A stretch of 32,000 nt of DNA from Candidatus Harpocratesius repetitus (GTDB lineage Archaea; Asgardarchaeota; Lokiarchaeia; Sigyniarchaeales; Promethearchaeaceae), in NCBI GenBank assembly GCA_021498095.1, contig JAIZWK010000001.1, positions 1,200,001 through 1,232,000 of the forward strand. The letters run 5' to 3'. Positions 7,556-17,245 of the stretch are shown one piece after another (positions within the stretch are counted from its first letter, which is position 1; every line of letters begins with the position of its first letter). Made by a program: the position numbers and the translations under genes. Under the pieces are notes generated by a model. That model worked only from the letters and a program-made list of their open reading frames with translations. It was not told the DNA's origin and ran no database searches.

Positions 7556-8884
7556 ATGGATTACGTTCCTCATGATAATAAAGAAATTGCAGAAATGTTA
7601 GCTGCAATAGGTGTGGATTCATTAAGTAATTTATATCAAGACATTCCAAAGGATTTAATCTTGGATCAGTTGAATCTCCCTAATGGAATTTCTGAACCAG
7701 ATTTATTGAAAGACCTTACAAAATTATCTGAAAAGAATAAACAATACTCCACTGCATTTATTGGTGCAGGTTCATATTTTCATTACATTCCTTCCCTTGT
7801 CGATTTTGTGATAAGCAGAAGTCAATTTTTTACCGCATATACACCATATCAAGCAGAAGCAAGCCAAGGATTTTTACAAGCTATTTTTGAATACCAATCA
7901 GCAATTGCTCGCTTAACAGAATTAGATGTTACTAATGCTTCAATGTATGATGGTGCTTCAGCATTAGCAGAAGCTGCTATTATGGCTGCATTTTTAACTC
8001 GAAAAAAGAAAATTCTTCTCATCAAAGGAATTCATCCTGAATATGTGGAGACTGTAAAAACATATTGTTGGGGAAGGAATTTTGAAGTCGAAGAAATCAA
8101 CTTAGATCAACTAGAAGAAAAAGTAAATTCCGAAATTGGTGGTGTTTGTTTTCAAAGTCCAAATTTTTTTGGTGAAATTGAAAATGCAAACGAAATTGTA
8201 ACTAAAGTTAAAAACTTGAATAAGAAAACTTTGGTTATTCAATGCATGACCGATCCTACTTGTTTAGGTGTGTTAGTTTCTCCAGGAAAAACTGGTGTGG
8301 ATATTTTTGTAGCGGAAGGTCAAAGTTTTGGATTACCTCCATCATTTGGTGGACCTGGACTTGGAATATTTGCAACTCATGATAAATATACTAGAAAGAT
8401 GCCTGGACGTTTAATTGGATTAACAAAAGAAATTAATGGAGATAAAGAAGGTTTTGTTCTAACTTTACAAGCGCGAGAACAACATATAAGACGTGAAAAA
8501 GCAACTTCGAATATTTGTTCTAACCAATCTCTTTGCATGCTTTCTGCATTGGTTTATTTGGTCAGCATGGGAAAAACTGGTTTGAAACAGATTGCTATGC
8601 AAAATATCCAAAAATCTTATTATCTTAAAACAAAATTAGCAGAAATCTCTGGATATCAAATTCTCTCTAATAAACCTACATATAATGAATTTGTTGTAAA
8701 GTGCTCGAATTATCAAAAATTAAAAGAATTATGCAAAGCTAATAATATTCTCCCTCCCTTAGATTTGACTCGATATTATCCAGAAATGAAGAATTGCGCT
8801 CTAATTTGCGTAACTGAGCAGAATTCTAAGAAAGATATTGAATTATTTTTACAATTAGCAAAGGAGGCGGCTCAAGCCGAATAG
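7556..8884 (+). CDS. gcvPA: Glycine dehydrogenase (decarboxylating) subunit 1
   Basis: FIGAGSYFH, FFTAYTPYQAEASQG, NASMYDGASALAEA, GQSFGLPPSFGGPGLG and LQAREQHIRREKATSNIC. Confidence 0.96.
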   Translation: MDYVPHDNKEIAEMLAAIGVDSLSNLYQDIPKDLILDQLNLPNGISEPDLLKDLTKLSEKNKQYSTAFIGAGSYFHYIPSLVDFVISRSQFFTAYTPYQAEASQGFLQAIFEYQSAIARLTELDVTNASMYDGASALAEAAIMAAFLTRKKKILLIKGIHPEYVETVKTYCWGRNFEVEEINLDQLEEKVNSEIGGVCFQSPNFFGEIENANEIVTKVKNLNKKTLVIQCMTDPTCLGVLVSPGKTGVDIFVAEGQSFGLPPSFGGPGLGIFATHDKYTRKMPGRLIGLTKEINGDKEGFVLTLQAREQHIRREKATSNICSNQSLCMLSALVYLVSMGKTGLKQIAMQNIQKSYYLKTKLAEISGYQILSNKPTYNEFVVKCSNYQKLKELCKANNILPPLDLTRYYPEMKNCALICVTEQNSKKDIELFLQLAKEAAQAE

Positions 8885-8894
8885 GTGAAATCAA

Positions 8895-10337
8895 ATGACT
8901 AATAATATTGAATTAATATTTGAGAAAGGATTCTCTGAATTTCCTTGTAATTTTGTGCCTTCTATGGATATTCCAGAAACTCAAATCGATCAAATTTTAC
9001 CCAAAGAATTTATTCGAGAAAAGATAAATATTCCAGATACTCCCGAATTTGTAATTGTACGACATTTCATGAATTTAAGTGAGAAAAATCATTCTCTCGA
9101 TCGTAGCATTTATCCATTAGGTTCATGTACTATGAAGTACAATCCTCGAATTAATGAAGTTTTGTGCCGATTACCTGGATTTACTCAAATTCATCCATTA
9201 CAAGATGAAAATGAAGGTTCTTTAGAATTAATACATGAATTAGGTATGCAGTTATGTGAAATATGTGGGATGGATGCTTTCACTTTGATTCCTTCGGCTG
9301 GAGCTCAAGGAGAATTAGCTGGAATCTTAATAATGAAAAAATACTTTGAAAATCAAGGAATAAAGAAGGATAAAATCATTGTACCTGATTCTGCTCACGG
9401 AACTAATCCTGCAAGCTCAGCTATGGCTGGTTTTTCCATTATAGAATTAAAATCCGATGAAAATGGTGAAATTCCTCTGGATCAATTAGAATTTGCTATG
9501 CAAGAAGGTGATGTCGCTGGATTAATGCTGACAAATCCTAATACATTAGGCATTTTCGATAGGAATATTACTAAAATCACCGAAATTGTACACAAATATG
9601 GCGGATTATGTTATTATGATGGTGCAAACTTAAATCCAATAATGGGAATGACCCGTCCAGGTGATATGGGATTTGATATTATCCATGTAAATTTACATAA
9701 AACATTTTCTACTCCACATGGTGGAGGGGGCCCTGGAGCAGGACCTGTGGGTGTTAAAAAACATTTAATTTCTCATCTTCCTTGTCCTCAGATAATTAAA
9801 GAAGAAGAGCAATTTGTTTGTATTGATGAACATGAGAATTCAATTGGAAGAATTCGAAGTTTTTGGGGTAATTTTGGTGTTTTAGTCCGTGCATACAGTT
9901 ATATTAAAGCATTAGGAGCAGACGGATTAAAACGGGCAGCAAATATGTCTGTTCTAAATGCAAATTACATTCGTTCGCAATTACAACCAGAATACGATAT
10001 TCCTTATAATTCTCAAGGTCGCTTTAATATGCATGAATTTGTTGTTGATGCTCACCTACCTAATGATGTAACTGCTGAGGATGTGGCGAAATCTTTGTTA
10101 GATCGTAATTTATATGCCCCTACTATCTATTTTCCCTTAATTATACATCAAGCTATGATGATCGAGCCTACAGAGACTGAATCTAAAAGAGAATTGGATC
10201 GATTTATTCAAGCGATGAAAGATATTTATCAACAAGCCAGAGAAGATCCTTCTATAATAAAGACTGCCCCACATAAAACTCCTGTTGGTCGCTTGGATAA
10301 TACTCTCGCTGCACGAAAACCAATTCTAAGAGAATAA
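8895..10337 (+). CDS. gcvPB: Glycine dehydrogenase (decarboxylating) subunit 2
   Basis: YPLGSCTMKYNP, PSAGAQGE, SAHGTNPAS, PLP-Lys motif NLHKTFSTPHGGGGPG and MMIEPTETE. Confidence 0.97.
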   Translation: MTNNIELIFEKGFSEFPCNFVPSMDIPETQIDQILPKEFIREKINIPDTPEFVIVRHFMNLSEKNHSLDRSIYPLGSCTMKYNPRINEVLCRLPGFTQIHPLQDENEGSLELIHELGMQLCEICGMDAFTLIPSAGAQGELAGILIMKKYFENQGIKKDKIIVPDSAHGTNPASSAMAGFSIIELKSDENGEIPLDQLEFAMQEGDVAGLMLTNPNTLGIFDRNITKITEIVHKYGGLCYYDGANLNPIMGMTRPGDMGFDIIHVNLHKTFSTPHGGGGPGAGPVGVKKHLISHLPCPQIIKEEEQFVCIDEHENSIGRIRSFWGNFGVLVRAYSYIKALGADGLKRAANMSVLNANYIRSQLQPEYDIPYNSQGRFNMHEFVVDAHLPNDVTAEDVAKSLLDRNLYAPTIYFPLIIHQAMMIEPTETESKRELDRFIQAMKDIYQQAREDPSIIKTAPHKTPVGRLDNTLAARKPILRE

Positions 10338-10471
10338 TCTTTATCTTCAAAAATAATGATTATCTTTTACTGCTCATTTTTTTCGCTTTTTTTTCGTTCA
10401 TTGAGAATAGTTCTTTTTTGTATTCAATAAAAGCGAAGTTTTTTATAAAATTCAATCGTTTTTTTCACACT

Positions 10472-11632
10472 ATGGTAGATATATCAAAATTAGATCTAAA
10501 ATTACTAGAACGCTTAACAAATGCATTCGGTCCAAGTGGTTGGGAAACTGAAGTTCAAAAAATTGTCAGAGATTATGCAGCACCATATGTTGATGAAATT
10601 CTATTTGATCGAACAGGTTCAGTTATTTTGCGAAAAGGAAATTCCGGACCAAAATTAATGATGGCAGGACATGCTGATGAAATTGGTTTAATTGTGTCTT
10701 CAATTGAAAAAAATGGATATTTAAAAGTATCAAATATCGGTGGAATTGTAGGACCTTGGATGTTGGGCACACAAATTCGCATTCGGCCTCTCTCTGGAAG
10801 CGAAGATGTTATCGGAATTGTTCAAATTGGATTTCCAAAATCTAAGGATGATATACAGAAAATGGCTAAGCTTGAAGCTTATCATGTGGATATTGGATGC
10901 TCCAGTGCTGAAGAAGTGGAAGCTTTAGGTATACAAGTTGGTGATCTGGCTGTTCCTTATACATCTTATCGCCAATTTACTCGAATGAAGAAAAAAGGAA
11001 AAAAGGATAAATCAATTAACAATGATGATATGAAATCCGAGAAAAAAGATGAGATGATTCCTGTTCCATTAGCTGTGGCTAAAGCATTTGATGATCGAAT
11101 TGGTGTTTTCATTATATTAGAAGTTTTACGTAGAATAAAAGAAGAAAATTTAGTTCACCCCAATACAGTATATTTTGTTTCTACTGCACAAGAAGAAGTG
11201 GGTGTCCGCGGTGCACGTACTGCAGCTCAAATGTTAAATCCTGATATTGGCTTTTCTTTGGATGTTACACTTGCAGGAGATGTTCCAGGAACGAATGCAC
11301 CACAAAAAATGGGAGATGGTGTCGCAATTTCCACTTTTGATAGTTCTATGATTCCAAATCCAAAAATGCGAAGATTTGTGACAAATTTAGCCAAAGAAAA
11401 AGAGATTAAGTACAAAAATGCATTTTTGAAATTTGGAGGAACTGATGCAGGAGCGATTCACTTAACTGGTTTTGGTGTTCCGTCGTTGTTTCTAGGTGTT
11501 CCAACAAGATATGTTCATTCGGCTCATTCACAATTAAATTTAGAGGATGTTGAATATACAATAAGATTATTGATTGAAATTATTCGATCATTTGATGATA
11601 AAACCGTTTCAAGCTTTACTACCTTAGAATAA
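10472..11632 (+). CDS. M42-family (TET-like) metallo-aminopeptidase; ATG at 10472 is preferred over TTG at 10418
   Basis: GPSGWE, AGHADEIG, AKAFDDRIG, QEEVGVRGA, SLDVT, GGTDAG and PTRYVHS give the co-catalytic metal ligand set H/D/EE/D/H. Confidence 0.94.
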   Translation: MVDISKLDLKLLERLTNAFGPSGWETEVQKIVRDYAAPYVDEILFDRTGSVILRKGNSGPKLMMAGHADEIGLIVSSIEKNGYLKVSNIGGIVGPWMLGTQIRIRPLSGSEDVIGIVQIGFPKSKDDIQKMAKLEAYHVDIGCSSAEEVEALGIQVGDLAVPYTSYRQFTRMKKKGKKDKSINNDDMKSEKKDEMIPVPLAVAKAFDDRIGVFIILEVLRRIKEENLVHPNTVYFVSTAQEEVGVRGARTAAQMLNPDIGFSLDVTLAGDVPGTNAPQKMGDGVAISTFDSSMIPNPKMRRFVTNLAKEKEIKYKNAFLKFGGTDAGAIHLTGFGVPSLFLGVPTRYVHSAHSQLNLEDVEYTIRLLIEIIRSFDDKTVSSFTTLE

Positions 11633-11702
11633 ATTCAACTACTTTTTGTTTTCGTTGAATTTTTTTTATCAATTGATTTTTTGCATTATTCTTTTTTATT
11701 TT
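11633..11702. terminator. T-rich archaeal terminator-like tract between the convergent M42 and 575-aa genes
   Basis: Multiple oligo-T runs directly after the stop codon (TTTTTGTTTTCGTTGAATTTTTTTT...). Confidence 0.45.
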
Positions 11703-11704
11703 GC

Positions 11705-13432
11705 TTAAAATTCTCTAAGTTCAACCAAAATGGGCAGAATTTCTTTTAAGAATGAACCTGATTTTTTATGAAGTAATAGATTATATAATGGACTATTTGG
11801 ATAGACATAAAAATTATCAGGATCTTTAAATTTTTTTAACATTCTTTTTAATTTAAACCAATACATTAGATTTGAAGAAAATATATCGAATCTAAGTGTC
11901 TGCATGAATGTTCTAATTAAATCTGTTGAAATCCAACAAATAGTATGAATATATCCATATTTTGGATAAAGGTTCAACTGTAATTGTTGAGAAAATTGCT
12001 CCATTGTTTTACAATGTTCTGTATTTTGTTTTTTCTTCAAATTATTTTTAGAATATATTTGATGGCTTTTCTGTGATAATTCTTTTATGGAATCTGCTGA
12101 AATAAATGAAACTGATTGAATTTTATTTGTATTTATGGACCAAAGAAGACCAAAATAATTTTCTTGAACAGAAAAATTATTTGAATGATTAAGTATATGA
12201 AAATTATCTCCAAAAATGGCTAAGATTTTTCCTTCAACACCTATATTTTCAAATGCATTCGTAATGACAAACCTTGGAATATTCCAATATGCTAATTTTC
12301 TAATATTTAATGGAATTTTAAATGCATACTGCCAATACCTAAATTGTTCATTCATAATTAGAGGCGATGGATGCATTAACCACTCAAATTCATACGAACG
12401 GTAATTTTTAATAAGACCTTGGAAAATAATATCCAGTCGATATAGACTTACTGGGAATGTGCTTTGAATAAACATTTCAATATTTTTCAATATCGGAGCA
12501 AGATCAAAAATAAAATTTGTTGGTGTATTGTACTTTTTCTTTAAATATTTAAGATATTCCAATTTGGATTTGTTATTTTTCATATGTTTATCTAAAAGTG
12601 AAGGATTTAATGGTAGATATTTTATTAATATTGATGGATTTCGAGAATCAACTAGATACGCAATTACTTTTGTCGAAGATTGAATTGATAATGAAAATTT
12701 TTTTCGAGGAAAACAATTTTTAATGAATGATATTAATGTATCTTCCAATTGAGATTTGGAATCTTCTAATATAAAATCAAATGTTTCATTTATTCCATCA
12801 ATGAAACGAGTAAAATCTGTTTCGGGAAAGCATTCAAAAAATATTTTTTCCTTATTATTGCGATTTCTTGCTTGTATAAAAAGCAAAGAGTATTTTACAA
12901 TAACTTCGATGAAATCTAATTGTTGACTAATTGTATGTGAAAAAATCGAAAAAAGCTCTTCAATAAAGTTATTTGAGTAAATATGAATATTTCCAATATT
13001 TAAATTATATTTTTTCTTGATTATTGGCAAGATTTCATCGAATTGTTCTTTAAGAGTTAATTTTTCTTTAATTTGATTATTAAATAGTGAAATATCCATA
13101 GAATTGATATTTAATAATAAGCCTTCATTTGTACATTCTATTAAATAAGCGCGTGATGGTGAACCTTCTTTATTTAAAATTATTTCAATCGAATTTGCAT
13201 TTGTATTAAGAATATAATAATAAAAAGCGCTCCAAAATTCTTGAAATGCAGAAATATCACAGGTTAGATTCAAAAAGGGAATTTGAAAGAGTTCGTATTG
13301 AAATTGCTTATTTTTTTGATAATACTGGGTTGATTCAAATATTATTTTCATATTATATTGTAATTGAGCTTGAGTTGAAGATTCTGTTTGATAATTCTTC
13401 AAATTTTTTTCATGATTATCATGCTTAAGCAC
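11705..13432 (-). CDS. Hypothetical protein (575 aa), no family recognised
   Basis: Long uninterrupted ORF in AT-rich DNA; its start overlaps the stop of the upstream 693-aa gene by 8 nt. Confidence 0.75.
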   Translation of the reverse strand: MLKHDNHEKNLKNYQTESSTQAQLQYNMKIIFESTQYYQKNKQFQYELFQIPFLNLTCDISAFQEFWSAFYYYILNTNANSIEIILNKEGSPSRAYLIECTNEGLLLNINSMDISLFNNQIKEKLTLKEQFDEILPIIKKKYNLNIGNIHIYSNNFIEELFSIFSHTISQQLDFIEVIVKYSLLFIQARNRNNKEKIFFECFPETDFTRFIDGINETFDFILEDSKSQLEDTLISFIKNCFPRKKFSLSIQSSTKVIAYLVDSRNPSILIKYLPLNPSLLDKHMKNNKSKLEYLKYLKKKYNTPTNFIFDLAPILKNIEMFIQSTFPVSLYRLDIIFQGLIKNYRSYEFEWLMHPSPLIMNEQFRYWQYAFKIPLNIRKLAYWNIPRFVITNAFENIGVEGKILAIFGDNFHILNHSNNFSVQENYFGLLWSINTNKIQSVSFISADSIKELSQKSHQIYSKNNLKKKQNTEHCKTMEQFSQQLQLNLYPKYGYIHTICWISTDLIRTFMQTLRFDIFSSNLMYWFKLKRMLKKFKDPDNFYVYPNSPLYNLLLHKKSGSFLKEILPILVELREF

Positions 13433-15506
13433 TTTTATTTTCCTCCTTGATATCTTCTTGAAAATCCTTAGGGTTCTTTAATGAAATTTTCTCTTTATCC
13501 TCAACTAATTCTTTTTTTAATATAGATTTGTTAAGAAAATAATTTGAAAATCTCTGTAACTGCATTAAAAATCTTTTTCGTCTATGTTTCTTTTCTTCTT
13601 TTTTGAGATTCTTAAGTTTTTTCTTTAATTCAAGAATTTTAGGGTCATAATCATTTTTTATTTTTTGTTGAGCTATTTTTTCTCGAATTTTGAATTTTTT
13701 AAATTCTTGATTTCTTTGATCTTTCACTTTTTTTAATTTTCTCTGAATTTCGGGTAGAAGGGGTGTACTTATCTCGCTAATTGTAGTTTTTAGAACTTCT
13801 TTAAGTTGAGTAATTATTTTTTTGTTCCATTCGTTTTTAGGATTTGAAAATTGATAAAATGGGATGAGTTTATTATAAAAGAAGTGAAATGATGGAGCTT
13901 CTTTCTTTGACCATTTTTGTTTTAAATAGGGAATAAAATCTAAACCTGATAATGCTACAGATGGGATTCTTATTATTTTTTGATTAATAATAATATTTGG
14001 TTTTTCTAATTTTATTTTTCGAATCTCATTTTTTATTAACAAATCAATCCTTATTTTTTCGATTTTGGTCCGAAGATTTTGAATTTTCTGCGCATTTTTC
14101 TTTTTAGCAGTCAAAATTAATAGATTTCGCTCTTCTTCTATTGATTTATCACTAATAGAATCAATAAAAGCGTTTATTTTTGTTTCAAGTTTTTCGATTT
14201 TATTTCTTATTTTTCTTTGTTTTCGAAGAATTTCACGTTCAAGTTCATCATCATCAAGTATTTGATTTCCACCGATTTCAAAATCAATTATTTTAAAAGG
14301 TTCTTTTGGAAGCTTATTTTTGTCTAATAATGTAAATGGTGCATTTAAAGTGGATTTTATTGCATTTTCTCCAAAAATTATGATCCAATCTGCTTGTTTT
14401 GGCACCGGAGGCTTATTTCCTATTAATAAAGCAATATGATTTACATTTTGAAAATCATCAAATAAAAGATCATTTAATAAATCAGGAATGTGATAAGCAA
14501 AAAATCCTTCTTCTTCTGAAAGTTCGCCGAAATAAGTGTGAATGTGGAATTTTTGCAGACGATTCTCTTTTATTAAATCAGAGACTGCGAAAGAAGAAAG
14601 ATTGTTGTCAGTTAACAGTTCAAGATCTTTTTTGAGGTTTTGATCAAATATTTCTCTAAAAATTGGATAAAAAAAAGATTTTGAAAGAGTTTTCTTAAAA
14701 TAGTGATAAGTCATATGTTCTATTTCAGAAAATGAATCTGAAAGAAAAATCATCTTTGGTTTAAGAGGAATAAGTGTAGGATCATAAATAATTGAGTTTT
14801 TAGAAATTATTGAAAAAGCACTTGAAATAAAAAGTGTCAAAATTTTTTTTTTAGCAGGATAATTACCTTGTATATAATTTTTAGAATTCATCTTTTTTGG
14901 GAAAAAATGCAATAACCAATTCCATATCCATTGGGCTTGCAAAAGTTCATTTGAAGTGATTTCTTCGGATGGATAAACTGAAATTTTATTAAATAAAGAT
15001 TGAAAATTTAATTGAAGTTGATAGAGAAGTGTCGAGCCAGACCATAATGTATTTTCATCCAGCAAACCAATTTGAGTATAAAGAATAACCGTTTTAAATG
15101 ATTTAAATGTAGGAATTGAATTATCTTTTTTTTCAGTCTTAATTTCATTATCAATAATTGAGCTTATTGCTGTGATTTTATCAGGATATAGAATGGAAAT
15201 ATTCTCTCTTTTTAGGAAAGCACCTAGTCCCCAATTTTCTAATACGCGCTCTGAATTATAATTTATTGGTAATGAAGGTAAAATTGTAATGCATCCTGAA
15301 AAATTCTCAGTTAACCATTGAATTAAAATTATTAGAGAATTTGGATTTATTGACCAAGGATATCCCACGATTCCTGGAATATCTACTATTAAAAGAATTG
15401 GCTCTTCAATATTATTCTCCTGATTTAATATATTTTTCTTTAGTTTGAATAATATATCTTTAAGTGTTTCTTCTTCTGTATCGTTTTGAGCTGCAATTAC
15501 AACCAT
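13425..15506 (-). CDS. Hypothetical protein (693 aa), possibly a degenerate DUF362-like core with Lys-rich coiled-coil insertions
   Basis: Long ORF. The N-terminal ILLIVDIP..PWSINPNSL and later IIIFGENAI..IRIPS segments loosely recall the DUF362 layout but lack Cys; two long K/E/R-rich heptad stretches. The family call is tentative. Confidence 0.7.
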   Translation of the reverse strand: MVVIAAQNDTEEETLKDILFKLKKNILNQENNIEEPILLIVDIPGIVGYPWSINPNSLIILIQWLTENFSGCITILPSLPINYNSERVLENWGLGAFLKRENISILYPDKITAISSIIDNEIKTEKKDNSIPTFKSFKTVILYTQIGLLDENTLWSGSTLLYQLQLNFQSLFNKISVYPSEEITSNELLQAQWIWNWLLHFFPKKMNSKNYIQGNYPAKKKILTLFISSAFSIISKNSIIYDPTLIPLKPKMIFLSDSFSEIEHMTYHYFKKTLSKSFFYPIFREIFDQNLKKDLELLTDNNLSSFAVSDLIKENRLQKFHIHTYFGELSEEEGFFAYHIPDLLNDLLFDDFQNVNHIALLIGNKPPVPKQADWIIIFGENAIKSTLNAPFTLLDKNKLPKEPFKIIDFEIGGNQILDDDELEREILRKQRKIRNKIEKLETKINAFIDSISDKSIEEERNLLILTAKKKNAQKIQNLRTKIEKIRIDLLIKNEIRKIKLEKPNIIINQKIIRIPSVALSGLDFIPYLKQKWSKKEAPSFHFFYNKLIPFYQFSNPKNEWNKKIITQLKEVLKTTISEISTPLLPEIQRKLKKVKDQRNQEFKKFKIREKIAQQKIKNDYDPKILELKKKLKNLKKEEKKHRRKRFLMQLQRFSNYFLNKSILKKELVEDKEKISLKNPKDFQEDIKEENKSA

Positions 15507-15561
15507 TAAGTTAAATTACACGTTCAAACATTTGAATTTTCAGTGTTCATTTTGATTATGA

Positions 15562-16869
15562 TCAAATTATAGAAAATCGATTTGTTATTAATCCCGCTTG
15601 ACTTTGATATTCTCCATAGGCTTTGCCTTGTTTTGCCAATTTACCTATAATTTCATGAATTTTAGGAGATACTTTACCATTTGGCTCATTTTCAAATGGG
15701 GTACCAGGAAGGGGCATAAATGTATGTGTATGTATCCTGACATTGGATAAACGATTTGTGAGAACCTCTTCAAAAAAATTAATGTTTGCTTCAATATCAT
15801 CAATTGTTTCGCCGGGAAGTCCAAAAATAAAATCAATTTCACATTTGTATCCAAATTGATTTAATATTTCAATTGCATGATAAATGTCTTCAATTGTATG
15901 CCCACGCCCAATTTTTCTCAATAATCGGTTTGAAGCAGATTGAGCTCCAAGAAGAATCTTCTTATTCGCTAAAAAAGGAGAGATTGCTTCCATTACTTCA
16001 TGAGTTACTGATTCCGGTCGAACTTCACTGGGAAAAGTTCCAAAATAGATTCCTTTGATGTTTTTTATATCATAAATATGAGAAAGAAGTTGATAAAGCA
16101 TATCTACATTGGGTGTGACTCCATTTCGTGAGCCGTAAGCAAATGCATTAGGTGATAAAAACCATAATTTATCATATTTAATTTCAGCACCTAATTTAAT
16201 CCATTTGATTAACGCGTCTAGTGGTGCATGTCTCATGGATTGACTTGAATTTCCAGTTTGGCAGAATTTACATCTAAATGGACAACCGCGACTGATTTCA
16301 ATTGGACCAAATAAGCGAAAATATGGAGAAAAAGAAGGTGTTTTTCCCAATTCGTGAAGTTGTGGGGGTTTAGCTGGAATATATTGTGGAAGAGTGCGCG
16401 CCACACCATTTAATTGAGAAACATCTATTTGGTCTTTTGATTCATGTAATATTGCATGAAGTAGTTGTTGAAAGGCAACTTCTCCTTCATTTGGTACAAT
16501 AAAATCAATGTCATGTCTCAATTTTGCAAATTTTTCTGGAACTGCACTAACATGAGCCCCTCCAACGATTGAAACAGTATTGTTATGATATTCTGAAAAG
16601 AAATGGGGAAATTCTTCATGAAATTTAATGAACTGGGGAATTTGAATGGATAATAAGGAATATGCCAAAATAATAATATTATATTTCTGAAAATTAATCT
16701 TTATCAAGGCATCTCTATGTTTAGGTGCATTATATAAATGAAAAGAGAGCGGGTGGAAATCATAATGCTTGATCAATTCTGGATCTTGCTCTAAATAGCC
16801 CATTAAGATTGCCCACGTATAACGATTAGGCTTATCATAGCCAAACAACACTAATCCTTTCTTTATCAT
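15562..16869 (-). CDS. B12-binding domain / radical SAM protein (MJ1487-like family)
   Basis: N-terminal cobalamin-binding-type domain (IVGGAHVS, GEVAF), EISRGCPFRCKFCQT (CxxxCxxC), FLSPNAFAYGS, GTFPSEVRPE, FIFGLPGE and HTFMPLPGTPF. Confidence 0.9.
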   Translation of the reverse strand: MIKKGLVLFGYDKPNRYTWAILMGYLEQDPELIKHYDFHPLSFHLYNAPKHRDALIKINFQKYNIIILAYSLLSIQIPQFIKFHEEFPHFFSEYHNNTVSIVGGAHVSAVPEKFAKLRHDIDFIVPNEGEVAFQQLLHAILHESKDQIDVSQLNGVARTLPQYIPAKPPQLHELGKTPSFSPYFRLFGPIEISRGCPFRCKFCQTGNSSQSMRHAPLDALIKWIKLGAEIKYDKLWFLSPNAFAYGSRNGVTPNVDMLYQLLSHIYDIKNIKGIYFGTFPSEVRPESVTHEVMEAISPFLANKKILLGAQSASNRLLRKIGRGHTIEDIYHAIEILNQFGYKCEIDFIFGLPGETIDDIEANINFFEEVLTNRLSNVRIHTHTFMPLPGTPFENEPNGKVSPKIHEIIGKLAKQGKAYGEYQSQAGLITNRFSII

Positions 16870-16940
16870 TCAGTTTTTCTACTCCGTTACTCATAATTAT
16901 GCTCAAATTATCAACATTTGGAAACGAAGTTAATTAATCT

Positions 16941-17147
16941 TTATAATGATGGATCAATTGTACCATCTGGAAGCATATTATCTGGATGGAAAATTCCTTT
17001 TTCTTCCATTTGATATCGAACACACTTTGGATTTGCTTGTAAACAATATTCTTCAATCCATTTTTTTGGTAACTTTCCTTCTTTTGTAAACCAATTAATT
17101 GGACAGACATTATACCATTTACAGATATGATTTTTTGGCTTTCTCAT
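16941..17147 (-). CDS. Small conserved Cys-rich protein (CKWYxxCP...YC...CVRY...HPDNMLPDG), probably metal-binding
   Basis: 68-aa ORF with four Cys and a recognisable W/Y/P/G pattern; codirectional between the aminotransferase and radical SAM genes. Confidence 0.75.
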   Translation of the reverse strand: MRKPKNHICKWYNVCPINWFTKEGKLPKKWIEEYCLQANPKCVRYQMEEKGIFHPDNMLPDGTIDPSL

Positions 17148-17245
17148 AGCAATATCCTTTTGTAATTAACTAAAAATTCTCAATTTAAAATAAATCAAAA
17201 AAATAAAAGAAAATTAAAAATTATTTGTGAAGAAAAAAAGTTTTT

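Noticed and set aside
16941-17147. Labelling the 68-aa Cys protein as a uracil-DNA glycosylase
   Set aside because: It is far too short and has no UDG catalytic motifs.
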